Positions 1-9,889 of a stretch of 64,000 nucleotides of DNA are shown here, in pieces. Each line of letters begins with the position of its first letter. Position 1 is the stretch's first letter. The position numbers and the translations under genes were made by a program. The notes beneath the pieces were generated by a model. That model worked only from the letters and a program-made list of their open reading frames with translations. It searched no databases and was not told where the DNA came from. Source of the DNA: an uncultured Candidatus Poseidoniales archaeon (GTDB lineage Archaea > Thermoplasmatota > Poseidoniia > Poseidoniales > Thalassarchaeaceae); assembly GCA_963968165.1 (NCBI GenBank), contig CAXAFE010000005.1:24047-88046 (forward strand), given 5' to 3'.

Positions 1-2
1 CT

Positions 3-959
3 GATGTAATCGTAAGGGCAAATGATGGAAAACAATACTCTGATACTACTATATCTTTTCATATTATCAATATAAATGACCCCCCTTCTATCGATTTGTC
101 TGATTATGATGACTTTGAAGTAAAAATTAATGAAGTTACCACTATCAATATTTTAGACTGTTTAAAGGATATCGATGATCCAACTAATGAAATTTGGTCA
201 TCTATATCTTCATCTTCTGGAGGCATTTTGAATCTAAATCCAGTTACTGGAAATATGAGTATGATGTGGGATGAAATTGGTCAAAAAAATATTGAAATAT
301 CGGTTACTGATAGGCATGGAGCTTCGAGTAGTTCAACAATTACAATAGATGTATTGGCAAATAAAGTATTAATTTGGAAAAATGGAATGGAAAATGCTGA
401 CTTATCAATTAATTTTGATTCCGTCGCATACAAAACAAATCCTGTCTTTGAAATTAATAATATTGGTGATTTACAACTATCGGACATAAAAATTACCTGG
501 ACCATATGCAATAGTATTACCGGGATTTGTCATTCCCACGGGATTTCAGATTCCTTCGGTTCTTTTACTACAATGTCTCAAAGCGGAGGAGGATTAGTTA
601 ATGGAGACTACATAACCATCGAAGTTTCAGGATTTGATTCTGAAGGTTGGGTCAGAGAATCATCTGAAATATTAAAAATATTTGCTCAAAAACCTGATTC
701 TGATAATGATGGTATACAAGATTCTGATGACGTATTTCCCAATGATCCATTGGAATCAAAAGATTCAGATGGAGATGGAGTTGGAGATAATTCAGATGCC
801 TTCCCATTTGATTCTTCAGAAACAGAAGATATGGATGGCAATGGCGTGGGAGATAATCAACAATATTCTGATGGCCAAGCTATTCCAGGATTCTTACTAC
901 CTCTAAATATTATCTCACTGCTTGGAGCACTAATGTTATTTAGGAACAGAGAAATATGA
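3..959 (+). CDS. Cell-surface protein, C-terminal part (5' end lies outside the window): cadherin-like repeat, thrombospondin-type-3-like Ca-binding Asp repeats, PGF-CTERM anchor
   Basis: Frame 3 is open from nt 3 (DVIVRANDGKQYSDTTISFHIININDPPS looks like the end of a cadherin repeat), so the TTG at 96 in the ORF track is not the real start. Asp repeats DSDNDGIQDSDD, DSDGDGVGDNSD, DMDGNGVGDN. C-terminus PGFLLPLNIISLLGALMLFRNRE = PGF + TM helix + basic tail. Confidence 0.6.
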   Translation, partial: DVIVRANDGKQYSDTTISFHIININDPPSIDLSDYDDFEVKINEVTTINILDCLKDIDDPTNEIWSSISSSSGGILNLNPVTGNMSMMWDEIGQKNIEISVTDRHGASSSSTITIDVLANKVLIWKNGMENADLSINFDSVAYKTNPVFEINNIGDLQLSDIKITWTICNSITGICHSHGISDSFGSFTTMSQSGGGLVNGDYITIEVSGFDSEGWVRESSEILKIFAQKPDSDNDGIQDSDDVFPNDPLESKDSDGDGVGDNSDAFPFDSSETEDMDGNGVGDNQQYSDGQAIPGFLLPLNIISLLGALMLFRNREI

Positions 960-1075
960 TTATTCCAACTATTTGATTAAAGCAAACTCCAGACATAACC
1001 TATCTGTCTGTTTGTGATAATATTAACACAACTTCAAGAAGGTACCATGTTCAGCATCCTATAAGAGGGGACCGA

Positions 1076-3127
1076 ATGAGTGTAGATTCTGATGATAATG
1101 CTAATTCTAAATCAAAGCAAGATCCTTTAGAATCTTGGGTAGATGGTGCTGCTTTTGGAGTGTCTGAGGATACAGATGAAATATGTGAAATACCAGTGGA
1201 GGAATGGATTGAAGATATCAAAATGGAGTCTACCAAAGATGTACCAATACCTACAAAATTAGTTGATAGGGTAATTGGTCAAGAGGCTGCATCAATAGTA
1301 ATTAGAAAGGCAGCAGAACAACGTAGACATGTCATAATGGTAGGAGAGCCAGGAACTGGTAAATCTATGCTTGCCCGCTCAATGACTGAATTTTTACCAA
1401 AAGAGCATTTAGAAGACATATTAGTTTACAGAAATATCGACGACGAAAATGAACCAAAGGTCCGCACAGTTCCGGCTGGACGGGGCTCAAATATACTATC
1501 TGAGAGAAAAGCGCATATTAAAATCCAAAGAGAAAAGACAAATCGCACACTTTTGTTCATTGTTTTAGTAGTTGGAGCAGCTTTATTACTTGCGACTATT
1601 AGCTCAGGAGAAATTTTAACATTCATATTCGGTTCATTTTTGCTAATATTTGGATACTTTTTCTTAAGGACGAGATTAACGTCTGGTGATGAATCAAATA
1701 TTCCAAAATTATTAATCAAGCACGAAATGAGTGATGAACCTCCTTTCATAGATGCGACTGGTACACTTGCTGGCGCTTTATTGGGAGATGTTAGACACGA
1801 TCCTTTCCAATCAGGAGCAGATCTGGCCACTCCGGCCCATGAAAGGGTTGAACCAGGTGCAGTACACAGGGCGAATAAAGGAGTTCTTTATATTGATGAA
1901 ATTAGAATGTTAAGGATGGAAGAACAGCAAGCATTGCTCGTTGCTATGCAAGAGAGAAAATTAGCAATTAGTGGACGCTCTGAAAGATCTTCAGGTGCGC
2001 TGACAAAGTCTGAGCCAGTACCAAGTGATTTTATCCTCATAGCCGCCGGTAATCTAGACGGAATAAAAAATATGCATCCTGCCTTGAGAAGTCGTATACG
2101 TGGATATGGATATGAGGTTTACGTCAATACAGACATGAGAGATACTGCTCGAAATCGACGTCGCCTTATACGTTTTATAGCCCAAGAAGTAAGTAATGAA
2201 CAATCTAAATCTGCCGGTAAAGATATACCACATTTTGATAGAGAATCTACATCATTGATATTAAAAGAAGCACAAAGGCGAAGCGGCAGGAGAGGAAAAC
2301 TATCGCTTAGGTTAAGGGAACTAGGGGGTCTAGTGAGAATTGCAGGAGATTTAGCCGCTGAAGAAGGAGCCCCATTGACTCGCTCAGAACACGTTGTAAG
2401 GGCAAGAATGATAGCGAAACCTCTCGAACAACAAGTTGCAGACAGATATATAGAAAGGCAAGCAGATTATTCCATGCTAGTTAACAGTGGAAACAGGATA
2501 GGTAGAGTAAATGGGCTCGCTGTACTAGGCGCGGACAGTGGACTTTCTGACTATTCAGGCATTGTTCTCCCTGTTGAAGCAATGATTACTCCTTCCCAAG
2601 GTCGTTCTGGACACGTCATTGCAACAGGAGGTTTATCTGACTTAGCAAAAGAAAGTGTAGTAAATATAAGTGCAGTAGTGAAAAAATTAACTGGTAAAGA
2701 TATCAAAGATTATGATATACACGTTCAATTCCCGGGGACTCATAATGTAGACGGAGATAGTGCTTCAATTACTATGGCTACTGCAATCATAAGCGCATTT
2801 GAAGGAATTCCAATAGATCAGAACTTAGCCATGACCGGCTCATTATCTGTAAGAGGTGAAGTTTTACCAATTGGAGGAGTTACAGCGAAAATTGAAGCAG
2901 CAGCAAAATCCGGCATCACTAGGATTATCATACCAAGATCAAATTTACAAGACGTATTAATTGATGAAAAATGGGAAAAGATAATTGAAATAATTGCCGT
3001 TGATTCTTTAGATGAGGTCCTACACAATGCCCTAGTAGGATCAGAAGAAAAAATAAGCTTAGTAGAAAGATTGGCTAATGTCGTCGATACAATTTCAACA
3101 GGTAAAGATACTCAACCTTCTGCATAA
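1076..3127 (+). CDS. lonB: Archaeal membrane-bound Lon protease (LonB)
   Basis: Walker A GEPGTGKSM, Walker B VLYIDEI. Two TM helices (LLFIVLVVGAALLLATI, FIFGSFLLIFGYFFL) are inserted in the AAA+ module as in LonB. Protease Ser in DGDSASITMATA and Lys in GGVTAKIEAA. Confidence 0.9.
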   Translation: MSVDSDDNANSKSKQDPLESWVDGAAFGVSEDTDEICEIPVEEWIEDIKMESTKDVPIPTKLVDRVIGQEAASIVIRKAAEQRRHVIMVGEPGTGKSMLARSMTEFLPKEHLEDILVYRNIDDENEPKVRTVPAGRGSNILSERKAHIKIQREKTNRTLLFIVLVVGAALLLATISSGEILTFIFGSFLLIFGYFFLRTRLTSGDESNIPKLLIKHEMSDEPPFIDATGTLAGALLGDVRHDPFQSGADLATPAHERVEPGAVHRANKGVLYIDEIRMLRMEEQQALLVAMQERKLAISGRSERSSGALTKSEPVPSDFILIAAGNLDGIKNMHPALRSRIRGYGYEVYVNTDMRDTARNRRRLIRFIAQEVSNEQSKSAGKDIPHFDRESTSLILKEAQRRSGRRGKLSLRLRELGGLVRIAGDLAAEEGAPLTRSEHVVRARMIAKPLEQQVADRYIERQADYSMLVNSGNRIGRVNGLAVLGADSGLSDYSGIVLPVEAMITPSQGRSGHVIATGGLSDLAKESVVNISAVVKKLTGKDIKDYDIHVQFPGTHNVDGDSASITMATAIISAFEGIPIDQNLAMTGSLSVRGEVLPIGGVTAKIEAAAKSGITRIIIPRSNLQDVLIDEKWEKIIEIIAVDSLDEVLHNALVGSEEKISLVERLANVVDTISTGKDTQPSA

Positions 3128-3179
3128 GTAATCAGTTAACTGACAATATGATATACGAATGACCTATGTCTGATGGCAC

Positions 3180-4517
3180 ATGGCTCAGACTTCACGATCA
3201 CCAATGGGGATTTTGTTTCTCGTCGTGTTCGTCGATATGATTGGATTTACAATAGTTATTCCGTTTTTGACTTATTTTGTACAGGATCTTGCTGTTTCCG
3301 ATGGAATAACAGATATTGGAAGAAGAGATATATGGGTTGGCATAATAATATCAATTTATTCATTTGCACAATTTTTATTCACTCCAATATTGGGCTCATT
3401 CAGTGATCGTATAGGTAGAAGGCCAATATTATTATTCGGATTATTCATGAATACCATATTCTTCACAGTATTTGGTCTTTCTAAAAGTTTAATGATGGCT
3501 CTTATTGCACGATTTCTGGCAGGTGCAGGCAATGGAAATATAGCCGTGGCAAGGGCATATATTGGCGATATAAGTGAACCCGAGATGGTCGCTAAAAGAA
3601 TGGGTGCGATAGGTGCTGCATTTGGTTTGGGATTCATGATTGGTCCCTTTATAGGTGGTTTACTATCTAATCCTGCTACAGGAATTGGAGGACTGTTTGA
3701 TACTGAGTTTTGGAGAAACTATCCTTATTTGCTACCTTGCTTATTATCTAGCCTATTATCTACAATATCATTATTATTAGCGATTACAATGTTACCAGAA
3801 AGTCTAGATAAAGAAAAGATGATTTCTTCTACCAATTCAATTTTTGAAGGATTAAAAAGTACTTTTACTGATATTGTTAATGTTGTTAAAATACCAACGA
3901 TATCTACACTAATTTTTACTAATTTCTTATTCTTATTGGGATTTAGTATGATGCATGGGACATTTATTCTTTTTACTGCCATGAGTCCATCTCAAGGTGG
4001 GTTAGGATTTGACGCCATGCAAAATGGATGGGTATTCGCATTTATTGGGTTAATGGGAGTAATAATTCAAGGAGGATTAATTGGCAGGTTAACAAAAATA
4101 TTTGATATGAAAAAATTAATGATTTTTGGAACTATTGCATGTGGTATTGGAATAACTAGTATACCTTATGTCCCAAGTGAAATTAGTTGGTTAATATTCT
4201 TATCTTCAGCATTAATATCAGTTGGTAATGGCCTATTTTCTCCCACACAATCATCATTGTTGACCTTTGAATCTTCTCAAAGGGGATACGAATTAGGGAT
4301 GGTAATGGGCGCACAAGAAGGTTATGGTGCTTTAGCTAGAATTTTCGGTCCCCTTCTTGCAGGATATCTATGGTCTATAACTGTGGAAGGATCAGGATTT
4401 TGGACATATCATACTTCGTTTAGATTGGCTGGACTGATATTTATATTTGCAGCCATTCTTCAAATTAGACTAACCAATAATTCAGAAATATCAAAAGTAA
4501 GGAGTAACCAGACTTGA
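3180..4517 (+). CDS. MFS transporter
   Basis: About 12 hydrophobic segments; MFS motif A GSFSDRIGRRPILLFG after TM2. Confidence 0.8.
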   Translation: MAQTSRSPMGILFLVVFVDMIGFTIVIPFLTYFVQDLAVSDGITDIGRRDIWVGIIISIYSFAQFLFTPILGSFSDRIGRRPILLFGLFMNTIFFTVFGLSKSLMMALIARFLAGAGNGNIAVARAYIGDISEPEMVAKRMGAIGAAFGLGFMIGPFIGGLLSNPATGIGGLFDTEFWRNYPYLLPCLLSSLLSTISLLLAITMLPESLDKEKMISSTNSIFEGLKSTFTDIVNVVKIPTISTLIFTNFLFLLGFSMMHGTFILFTAMSPSQGGLGFDAMQNGWVFAFIGLMGVIIQGGLIGRLTKIFDMKKLMIFGTIACGIGITSIPYVPSEISWLIFLSSALISVGNGLFSPTQSSLLTFESSQRGYELGMVMGAQEGYGALARIFGPLLAGYLWSITVEGSGFWTYHTSFRLAGLIFIFAAILQIRLTNNSEISKVRSNQT

Positions 4518-4521
4518 GGAT

Positions 4522-5313
4522 ATGACAATACTCGCAGTCGTGGCGCATGGAGGGGCTGGACCCGGACCTGAAAGAAATAAGAATGTAGAAATAGCAGTAA
4601 AAGGAGCTGCAGAAATATTACAATCAGGTGGATCTGCAGTAGATGCAGCTGTTAAAGCATGTATAATAATGGAAAATGATCCAGTTTTTAATGCCGGAAC
4701 TGGTAGTGTAGTCCGCACGGATGGTTCCGTTCTTCTTGATGCGTCTATTCAGACCTGCGATGGTAGAATTGGCTTTGTCATTGCAATTGAAAATACTCCC
4801 AATCCCATTGAATTAGCGGCGGCACTTTTGGATGAGGAAGTAAACGGCCTTACCGGCAACGGTGCTAGAGAATGGGCAGACAGTATGGGATTTGAAAACT
4901 CAATAGTCCAAGGAAGATCTCCAACTGAAGGAATTGGAGATACTATAGGAGTTATAACTAGAGATAAAGATGGTTACATTGCATGTGCAACTAGCACCGG
5001 AGGATGTTCATATCGTCCACCTGGAAGAGTGGGGGACGTTCCTTTGCCTGGCTCAGGTTTCTGGGTCGAAAAAGGAATTTCTGTCGCTGCAACCGGCAAT
5101 GGAGAAGAAATTACAAAGAATTTATTAAGTTACAAGGTATTAAATAAAATACATAATTCTAAACTTACGATGCCGGAAGGTATGTCTTGGGGACTAAATG
5201 AATTCATTGAAGACTCAATTTCAGTAGGACTAATCGCACTTGGCGATGAAGGAAAAGGATATGGAGTATCAAATACAGATATGCCCTGGTCTACTTGGAC
5301 TGGCAATTTATAA
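4522..5313 (+). CDS. Isoaspartyl peptidase / L-asparaginase (asparaginase-2, Ntn hydrolase)
   Basis: VVAHGGAG, NAGTGSV, nucleophile Thr context GDTIGVITRD, ATSTGG. Confidence 0.8.
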   Translation: MTILAVVAHGGAGPGPERNKNVEIAVKGAAEILQSGGSAVDAAVKACIIMENDPVFNAGTGSVVRTDGSVLLDASIQTCDGRIGFVIAIENTPNPIELAAALLDEEVNGLTGNGAREWADSMGFENSIVQGRSPTEGIGDTIGVITRDKDGYIACATSTGGCSYRPPGRVGDVPLPGSGFWVEKGISVAATGNGEEITKNLLSYKVLNKIHNSKLTMPEGMSWGLNEFIEDSISVGLIALGDEGKGYGVSNTDMPWSTWTGNL

Positions 5314-5373
5314 ATAATTCAAAGGGGATGTGCTTAAGGATGAACCTCCAGTCGCGGCATCAGAGATGATGTC

Positions 5374-5643
5374 ATGTCAAACCTTGAGACCCGTATACAA
5401 CAAATCGCTCAAGTACTTGGGCAATTAGATGACACACAAGTTCCTAGAAATATACGATCTTCTGCAAAAGAAGCAGTAGATAAGTGGCTGCTAAATAAAA
5501 ATAAAGATATGGATATAAGATTGGGTATGACTGCTTCCACTTTAGATGATATTTTTAATGATCCGAATTTACCAGGGCATTACGGTCCTTTGTGTTTACA
5601 AATACAGACGGCATTAGAAACATTACTTGCTGAAGTACGTTAA
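5374..5643 (+). CDS. UPF0147-family small helical protein
   Basis: QVPRNIRSSAKEA and LDDIFNDPNLPGH match the archaeal UPF0147 pattern as I recall it; 89 aa. Confidence 0.55.
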   Translation: MSNLETRIQQIAQVLGQLDDTQVPRNIRSSAKEAVDKWLLNKNKDMDIRLGMTASTLDDIFNDPNLPGHYGPLCLQIQTALETLLAEVR

Positions 5644-5702
5644 CATCAAAAATAATGAAATAATTAATATAGGCGTAATACGAGTCCTCGTTTGAGAAGA
5701 TC

Positions 5703-6836
5703 GTGATAGAAAGACCCCATAAATGGACTAATTTGTCCTTTGCTAATATCGCAACAACGTCTGCTGCTGCTTATCAGGCTAATTTAGAATGGGCTCTTTC
5801 CTTAGCCAATGGCGGTGCAGCAGAGTTTGATGGAGATGCGGAAAAAAATGCTATGATTCCGCTTAGAAAATCTGCTGCCAATCTTTTAAATTGTAGTATC
5901 AAAGATATCTGTATTGGATCGAGTGCAACTGAAATACTTTGTTCATTAGCATGGTCAATAGCCCCTAAGAAGGGAGAAAATATTGTCTCAACTAAAGCAT
6001 CTTTTCCTTCCACCGTATATCCTTGGACCAGAGTTTCATTAGAATTTGATTCAGAAATAAGGCTGGCTAACCACGATGAAAACTTTTACACCGATCCTTT
6101 AGAAATTTTGAAACTAATAGATAAAAATACCTCTGTAGTTACCTTGTCACATGTAGAATATGCGACAGGACAACGTTATGATCTTAATTTGTTTTCTGTC
6201 GCCGCGCACAAGGTAAATGCTCTCTTAATTATTGATGCTACCCAATCAATGGGCATTATCCCGATAGATTTGTTGGGGATAGACGCAATGGTTTCCTCGG
6301 GATATAAGTGGTTAAGGGGAAGTTTTGGGGCTGCCATTGGCTATATTTCTCCTAATCTACAGAATTCTCTAATTCCCGGACTTCTTGGTTTTAGGAGCCA
6401 TAACCAAATATGGGATATGAAATCAGAAAGGTTCGAACTACCTGATGATGCAAGCCGTTTTGAATTTTCTACAATTAATTTCGGAACCGCTCTCGGTTTA
6501 GCAAAGTCCGTAGATGAAATCAATGAACTTGGTATAGATGATGTTTGGAAACACAGCCTTAAATTAACTAATTTAATTATCTTAGAATGTAAAAAAAATA
6601 AATTAGATATAATTTCTCCATTACGTAATAATGAAAGAAGCGGCATAATAAGTATTGGTTTACCTTCCAATTTCAATTCTAATGAAATAGTAGCTAGTTT
6701 GCAGGAAAAGTACGGAATCTTAGTAACAAGTCGTTCAGGATTTATACGGATTTCCCCTCATATAGATAATGATGAAAGAGAAATAAAATATTTTTTCACC
6801 TGTTTAATGAAAATTTTAGATTCCAAGATGTGGTGA
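5703..6836 (+). CDS. PLP-dependent aminotransferase class V / cysteine-desulfurase-like enzyme
   Basis: GTG start; SSGYKWLRGSFG (PLP-lysine context); IIDATQS; size typical of fold-type I class V. Confidence 0.7.
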   Translation: MIERPHKWTNLSFANIATTSAAAYQANLEWALSLANGGAAEFDGDAEKNAMIPLRKSAANLLNCSIKDICIGSSATEILCSLAWSIAPKKGENIVSTKASFPSTVYPWTRVSLEFDSEIRLANHDENFYTDPLEILKLIDKNTSVVTLSHVEYATGQRYDLNLFSVAAHKVNALLIIDATQSMGIIPIDLLGIDAMVSSGYKWLRGSFGAAIGYISPNLQNSLIPGLLGFRSHNQIWDMKSERFELPDDASRFEFSTINFGTALGLAKSVDEINELGIDDVWKHSLKLTNLIILECKKNKLDIISPLRNNERSGIISIGLPSNFNSNEIVASLQEKYGILVTSRSGFIRISPHIDNDEREIKYFFTCLMKILDSKMW

Positions 6837-7436
6837 AATTATAAATCCTGCTACTGTAAACATTATTCCCGCAATTGACATATCAATTATCCTCCAAGAC
6901 TTGGGATTATTCAGGACTGGCGACATAAGTCTAGCTCCGTAACCTAAGGAGAAGAAGAAAATAAAAGATGCGGTTGCTGCACCAATCCCGAATATAATTT
7001 GCTCATTCCCCGAGTACCTGCTAGATGCTCCGCCGATTAGAAGCAAGGTATCAAAATAAACATGAGGATTTAGATAAGTAAATGCTAAACCTGCTAGTAT
7101 GGTGCTTTTAACATCACTAAGACCATCTTCATCAATCTCCATCCCTACTGGATATAGTGCAGATTTGATTCTCATAATGCCATAGGCTATCAAAAATAAT
7201 GACGCCATAATTGCAATCCATATCTGTATTTCCTCAATCTCAGATATAAAAGAACCGACACCAAGAACGCCAGCACCAATCAATAGTGCATCAGAAAGGG
7301 CACAAACTAAACAAGAAATAAACACATGTTTTTTCATCAACCCTTGTCTAAGTACGAAAACATTCTGAGGACCTAAAGCAAAAATTAATGTTATACTTAT
7401 TAGAAAACCTTCGAGCCAAACAGACTCTAAAGACAA
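6816..7436 (-). CDS. LysE/ArgO-family amino-acid exporter
   Basis: N-terminal GPQNVFVLRQG motif; about 6 TM segments; 206 aa. Confidence 0.75.
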   Translation of the reverse strand: MSLESVWLEGFLISITLIFALGPQNVFVLRQGLMKKHVFISCLVCALSDALLIGAGVLGVGSFISEIEEIQIWIAIMASLFLIAYGIMRIKSALYPVGMEIDEDGLSDVKSTILAGLAFTYLNPHVYFDTLLLIGGASSRYSGNEQIIFGIGAATASFIFFFSLGYGARLMSPVLNNPKSWRIIDMSIAGIMFTVAGFIISPHLGI

Positions 7437-7437
7437 A

Positions 7438-7593
7438 TCACGTCGACCTTCTTTCTACTGCCTTTGGCCTTAGTTTATTATAGCCACACTTTCTACAACT
7501 TCTTGGTTTTGTACCACGATGAGTTGCTGAGCAATTCATACAAACCCACTTCTTCAGAAGCCTCTCTTCTGCAACTGGATGCCTAGTAGCCAT
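7438..7593 (-). CDS. rpl40e: 50S ribosomal protein L40e
   Basis: Missing from the ORF track (51 aa). My translation: [51 protein letters not shown]. CxxC...CxxC zinc ribbon plus the LRPK tail typical of L40e. ATG at 7593, TGA at 7440-7438. Confidence 0.8.
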   Translation of the reverse strand: MATRHPVAEERLLKKWVCMNCSATHRGTKPRSCRKCGYNKLRPKAVERRST

Positions 7594-7647
7594 ATTAACC
7601 GCGGGACTGTAAGTCCTTCATAATCGCTTCCCATAAATAATGCCCAT

Positions 7648-9783
7648 CTAATTATAGACAATGGGTAAGAAAGCATTGGCAGCATCTTCACAAGCATTTG
7701 CAACATCATCTAATCTCTGTAAGACTCTATACATATGCACTGCTCCTAAAGGGTCATCACTGCCGAATTTAAATACAAAACCAGCCGCTTTACTTTCCAT
7801 TAAATCTGCTTCATGTTCTGCAAGATTTACTCTTTGGATAAATCTTCTTAATTCGTCCCTATCCGCCTTTGTATGACCAGAAAGAGTTAAATTTCGTAAA
7901 TGTAATACAGTATCTTCATACATTGATGCAGTCTTTTTGACAGATTCTGCCATTTCCATAACCATTTTTCTAGCCTTCTCATTTTCATATAAGGTTCTAA
8001 ATGATAATTGCTCTGCGACATTTTGAGCATAGTCTGCAATTCTATCTTGACGCCCCAACATATAGATAAATTCATCACTATCTATTAATAACTTCCATTT
8101 ACCTTCACCAACTTTTTCTCGGAGAATATTTTTTAACTCATCTGCCTTTAATTCTGAAGCTATTGTTTTCTTTATTTCCTCAGACGGGTCTTCACCATTT
8201 GTTGCCTTAGATACTGCAGTAAGCATATGTTCAACAGTTTCTTCGACGATTACGGCATGAGAATGAAATAATTCGAAAATAGTTGGCATCGAATCTTTAT
8301 TTCCTCCGGCTTCGGCTAATGCATCCTCAACATAGACTTCATTATCCCTAGTTCTCCACATCACATAGCCAACAAGTAGGAATGCAATTGGCAATACTAC
8401 AATTAATTTCAGCGGATCAGATCCCATCGCCATGTAAATCGTAACCGATCCAAAGGCAGCAGCGGGTAAACTTGCGACCCATGATGCAGCAATCTTTCCG
8501 AAGACTCTGAAATCTACATTTTTTGCTCCTCCTGCCAATCCTACTCCGACTACGCTTCCAACTAATGTGTGCGTAGTAGAAACAGGAACTGCCAAAAACG
8601 GCATCGAAAATATCAGTATCGTTGTTGCTGCACCAAATTCTGCTGCGAAACCACGAGTTGGAGTTATGTCAGTAATTTTTGTTCCAATTGTTTCCATTAC
8701 TCTCCAACCCCAAGTCATTACTCCTATCGCTATGCCAGCTGATCCCAACAGGACAAGCCATAATGGGACATCCACTTTGGAAGATAGTTCACCGCCACTC
8801 GATAAAATATCATAAACAGCCGCCATAGGGCCGATTGCATTGGATCTATCATTTGCACCATGGGCAAATGCTACATACGCCGCAGTAATAATTTGTAGCC
8901 AAACAAATATTTTCTCCACGCCTTGAAATCCGTCATCTTGTCGTTTAAATTCATAATTTCTTAATACAAACCATAATACTGAGGAAGCAACTAAACCAAT
9001 TAATGCTGATATGATTAAGGAATTAATTGGAAACCAAGCATTTTCAGCCATCGGATTAAATACTCCATTCTCTTTTACTGGTAACCAATCATATTTATTT
9101 TCAATCCATCCATTTGATGCTGCTTTAGAAATAAATCCCTTTAATGCCTTAAATTGAAGTGCCAACCCCAAAGTGAAAAAAGTTGGAAATGCTAATATTG
9201 GGGCCAACCATCTTGATCTCGATATTGGATCATCCGATTCTAGGATTAATAATCTTATTATGGAGAATGTAAAAAATGCTAGTAGCCCACCCATTAATGG
9301 ACTTGCAACCCAGGACATTACTACCTTACGAACAACTTCCCAATCTATCAGAGAAGCGCTATGTTGAACTTCGAGTACTAATCCAATGCCAACAATTCCT
9401 CCAATTATTGAATGAGTTGTAGAAACAGGTAATCCAAATCTAGTTGCTATAGTTAACCAAACTGCTGCAGCCATCATGGCAGAAATGAAACCATACATCA
9501 AATCATTAGCAAAATCATCAGTAACAGTTTCAAAATCTACGGTTAGTATGCCCTTACGAACCGTATCTGTAACGGCGTCTCCAGCAAAAAATGCACCACA
9601 GAATTCGAATATTGCCGCTATAATTACTGCTTGCTTCAAAGTTAGAGCCTTCGAACCAACCGAAGTACCCATTGCATTAGCAACATCATTAGCTCCTATG
9701 TTCCATGCCATGTAAGCACAAACCATTACAGAAAGAATTAGTACAACAGTCATTATGGGTTCCATAATCTGTATACGATACAT
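7648..9783 (-). CDS. PiT-family inorganic phosphate transporter fused to a C-terminal DUF47/PhoU-like (Pit accessory) domain
   Basis: Duplicated PiT signatures GANDVANAMGTSVGS and GANDRSNAIGP; about 10 TM. The last ~215 aa are soluble and helical with two repeat halves (ELKADELKNILRE..., LAEHEADLMES...DDVANACED), like Pit-associated PhoU-like proteins. Confidence 0.85.
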   Translation of the reverse strand: MYRIQIMEPIMTVVLILSVMVCAYMAWNIGANDVANAMGTSVGSKALTLKQAVIIAAIFEFCGAFFAGDAVTDTVRKGILTVDFETVTDDFANDLMYGFISAMMAAAVWLTIATRFGLPVSTTHSIIGGIVGIGLVLEVQHSASLIDWEVVRKVVMSWVASPLMGGLLAFFTFSIIRLLILESDDPISRSRWLAPILAFPTFFTLGLALQFKALKGFISKAASNGWIENKYDWLPVKENGVFNPMAENAWFPINSLIISALIGLVASSVLWFVLRNYEFKRQDDGFQGVEKIFVWLQIITAAYVAFAHGANDRSNAIGPMAAVYDILSSGGELSSKVDVPLWLVLLGSAGIAIGVMTWGWRVMETIGTKITDITPTRGFAAEFGAATTILIFSMPFLAVPVSTTHTLVGSVVGVGLAGGAKNVDFRVFGKIAASWVASLPAAAFGSVTIYMAMGSDPLKLIVVLPIAFLLVGYVMWRTRDNEVYVEDALAEAGGNKDSMPTIFELFHSHAVIVEETVEHMLTAVSKATNGEDPSEEIKKTIASELKADELKNILREKVGEGKWKLLIDSDEFIYMLGRQDRIADYAQNVAEQLSFRTLYENEKARKMVMEMAESVKKTASMYEDTVLHLRNLTLSGHTKADRDELRRFIQRVNLAEHEADLMESKAAGFVFKFGSDDPLGAVHMYRVLQRLDDVANACEDAANAFLPIVYN

Positions 9784-9889
9784 ATCTCGTTTATCAATAT
9801 TAAATTATATAATCTATATAGTTAATGTAAAAAACGTGATACTGCGACTAATATATAATTATATATATGACAATACCTTCGTACTATTT
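9784..9889. promoter_or_regulatory. AT-rich divergent promoter region between the PiT fusion gene and the PhoU-type regulator gene
   Basis: 106 nt, very AT-rich, with several TATA-like elements (TTATATAAT, ATATATAATTATATATAT). It lies between two divergent phosphate-related genes. Confidence 0.4.

Noticed and set aside
9755-9889. N-terminal 45 codons of the PhoU-regulator track ORF (IICIRYISRLSILNYIIYIVNV...)
   Set aside because: This is a translation of AT-rich promoter DNA that overlaps the divergent PiT gene. The AbrB domain begins right after GTG 9890.
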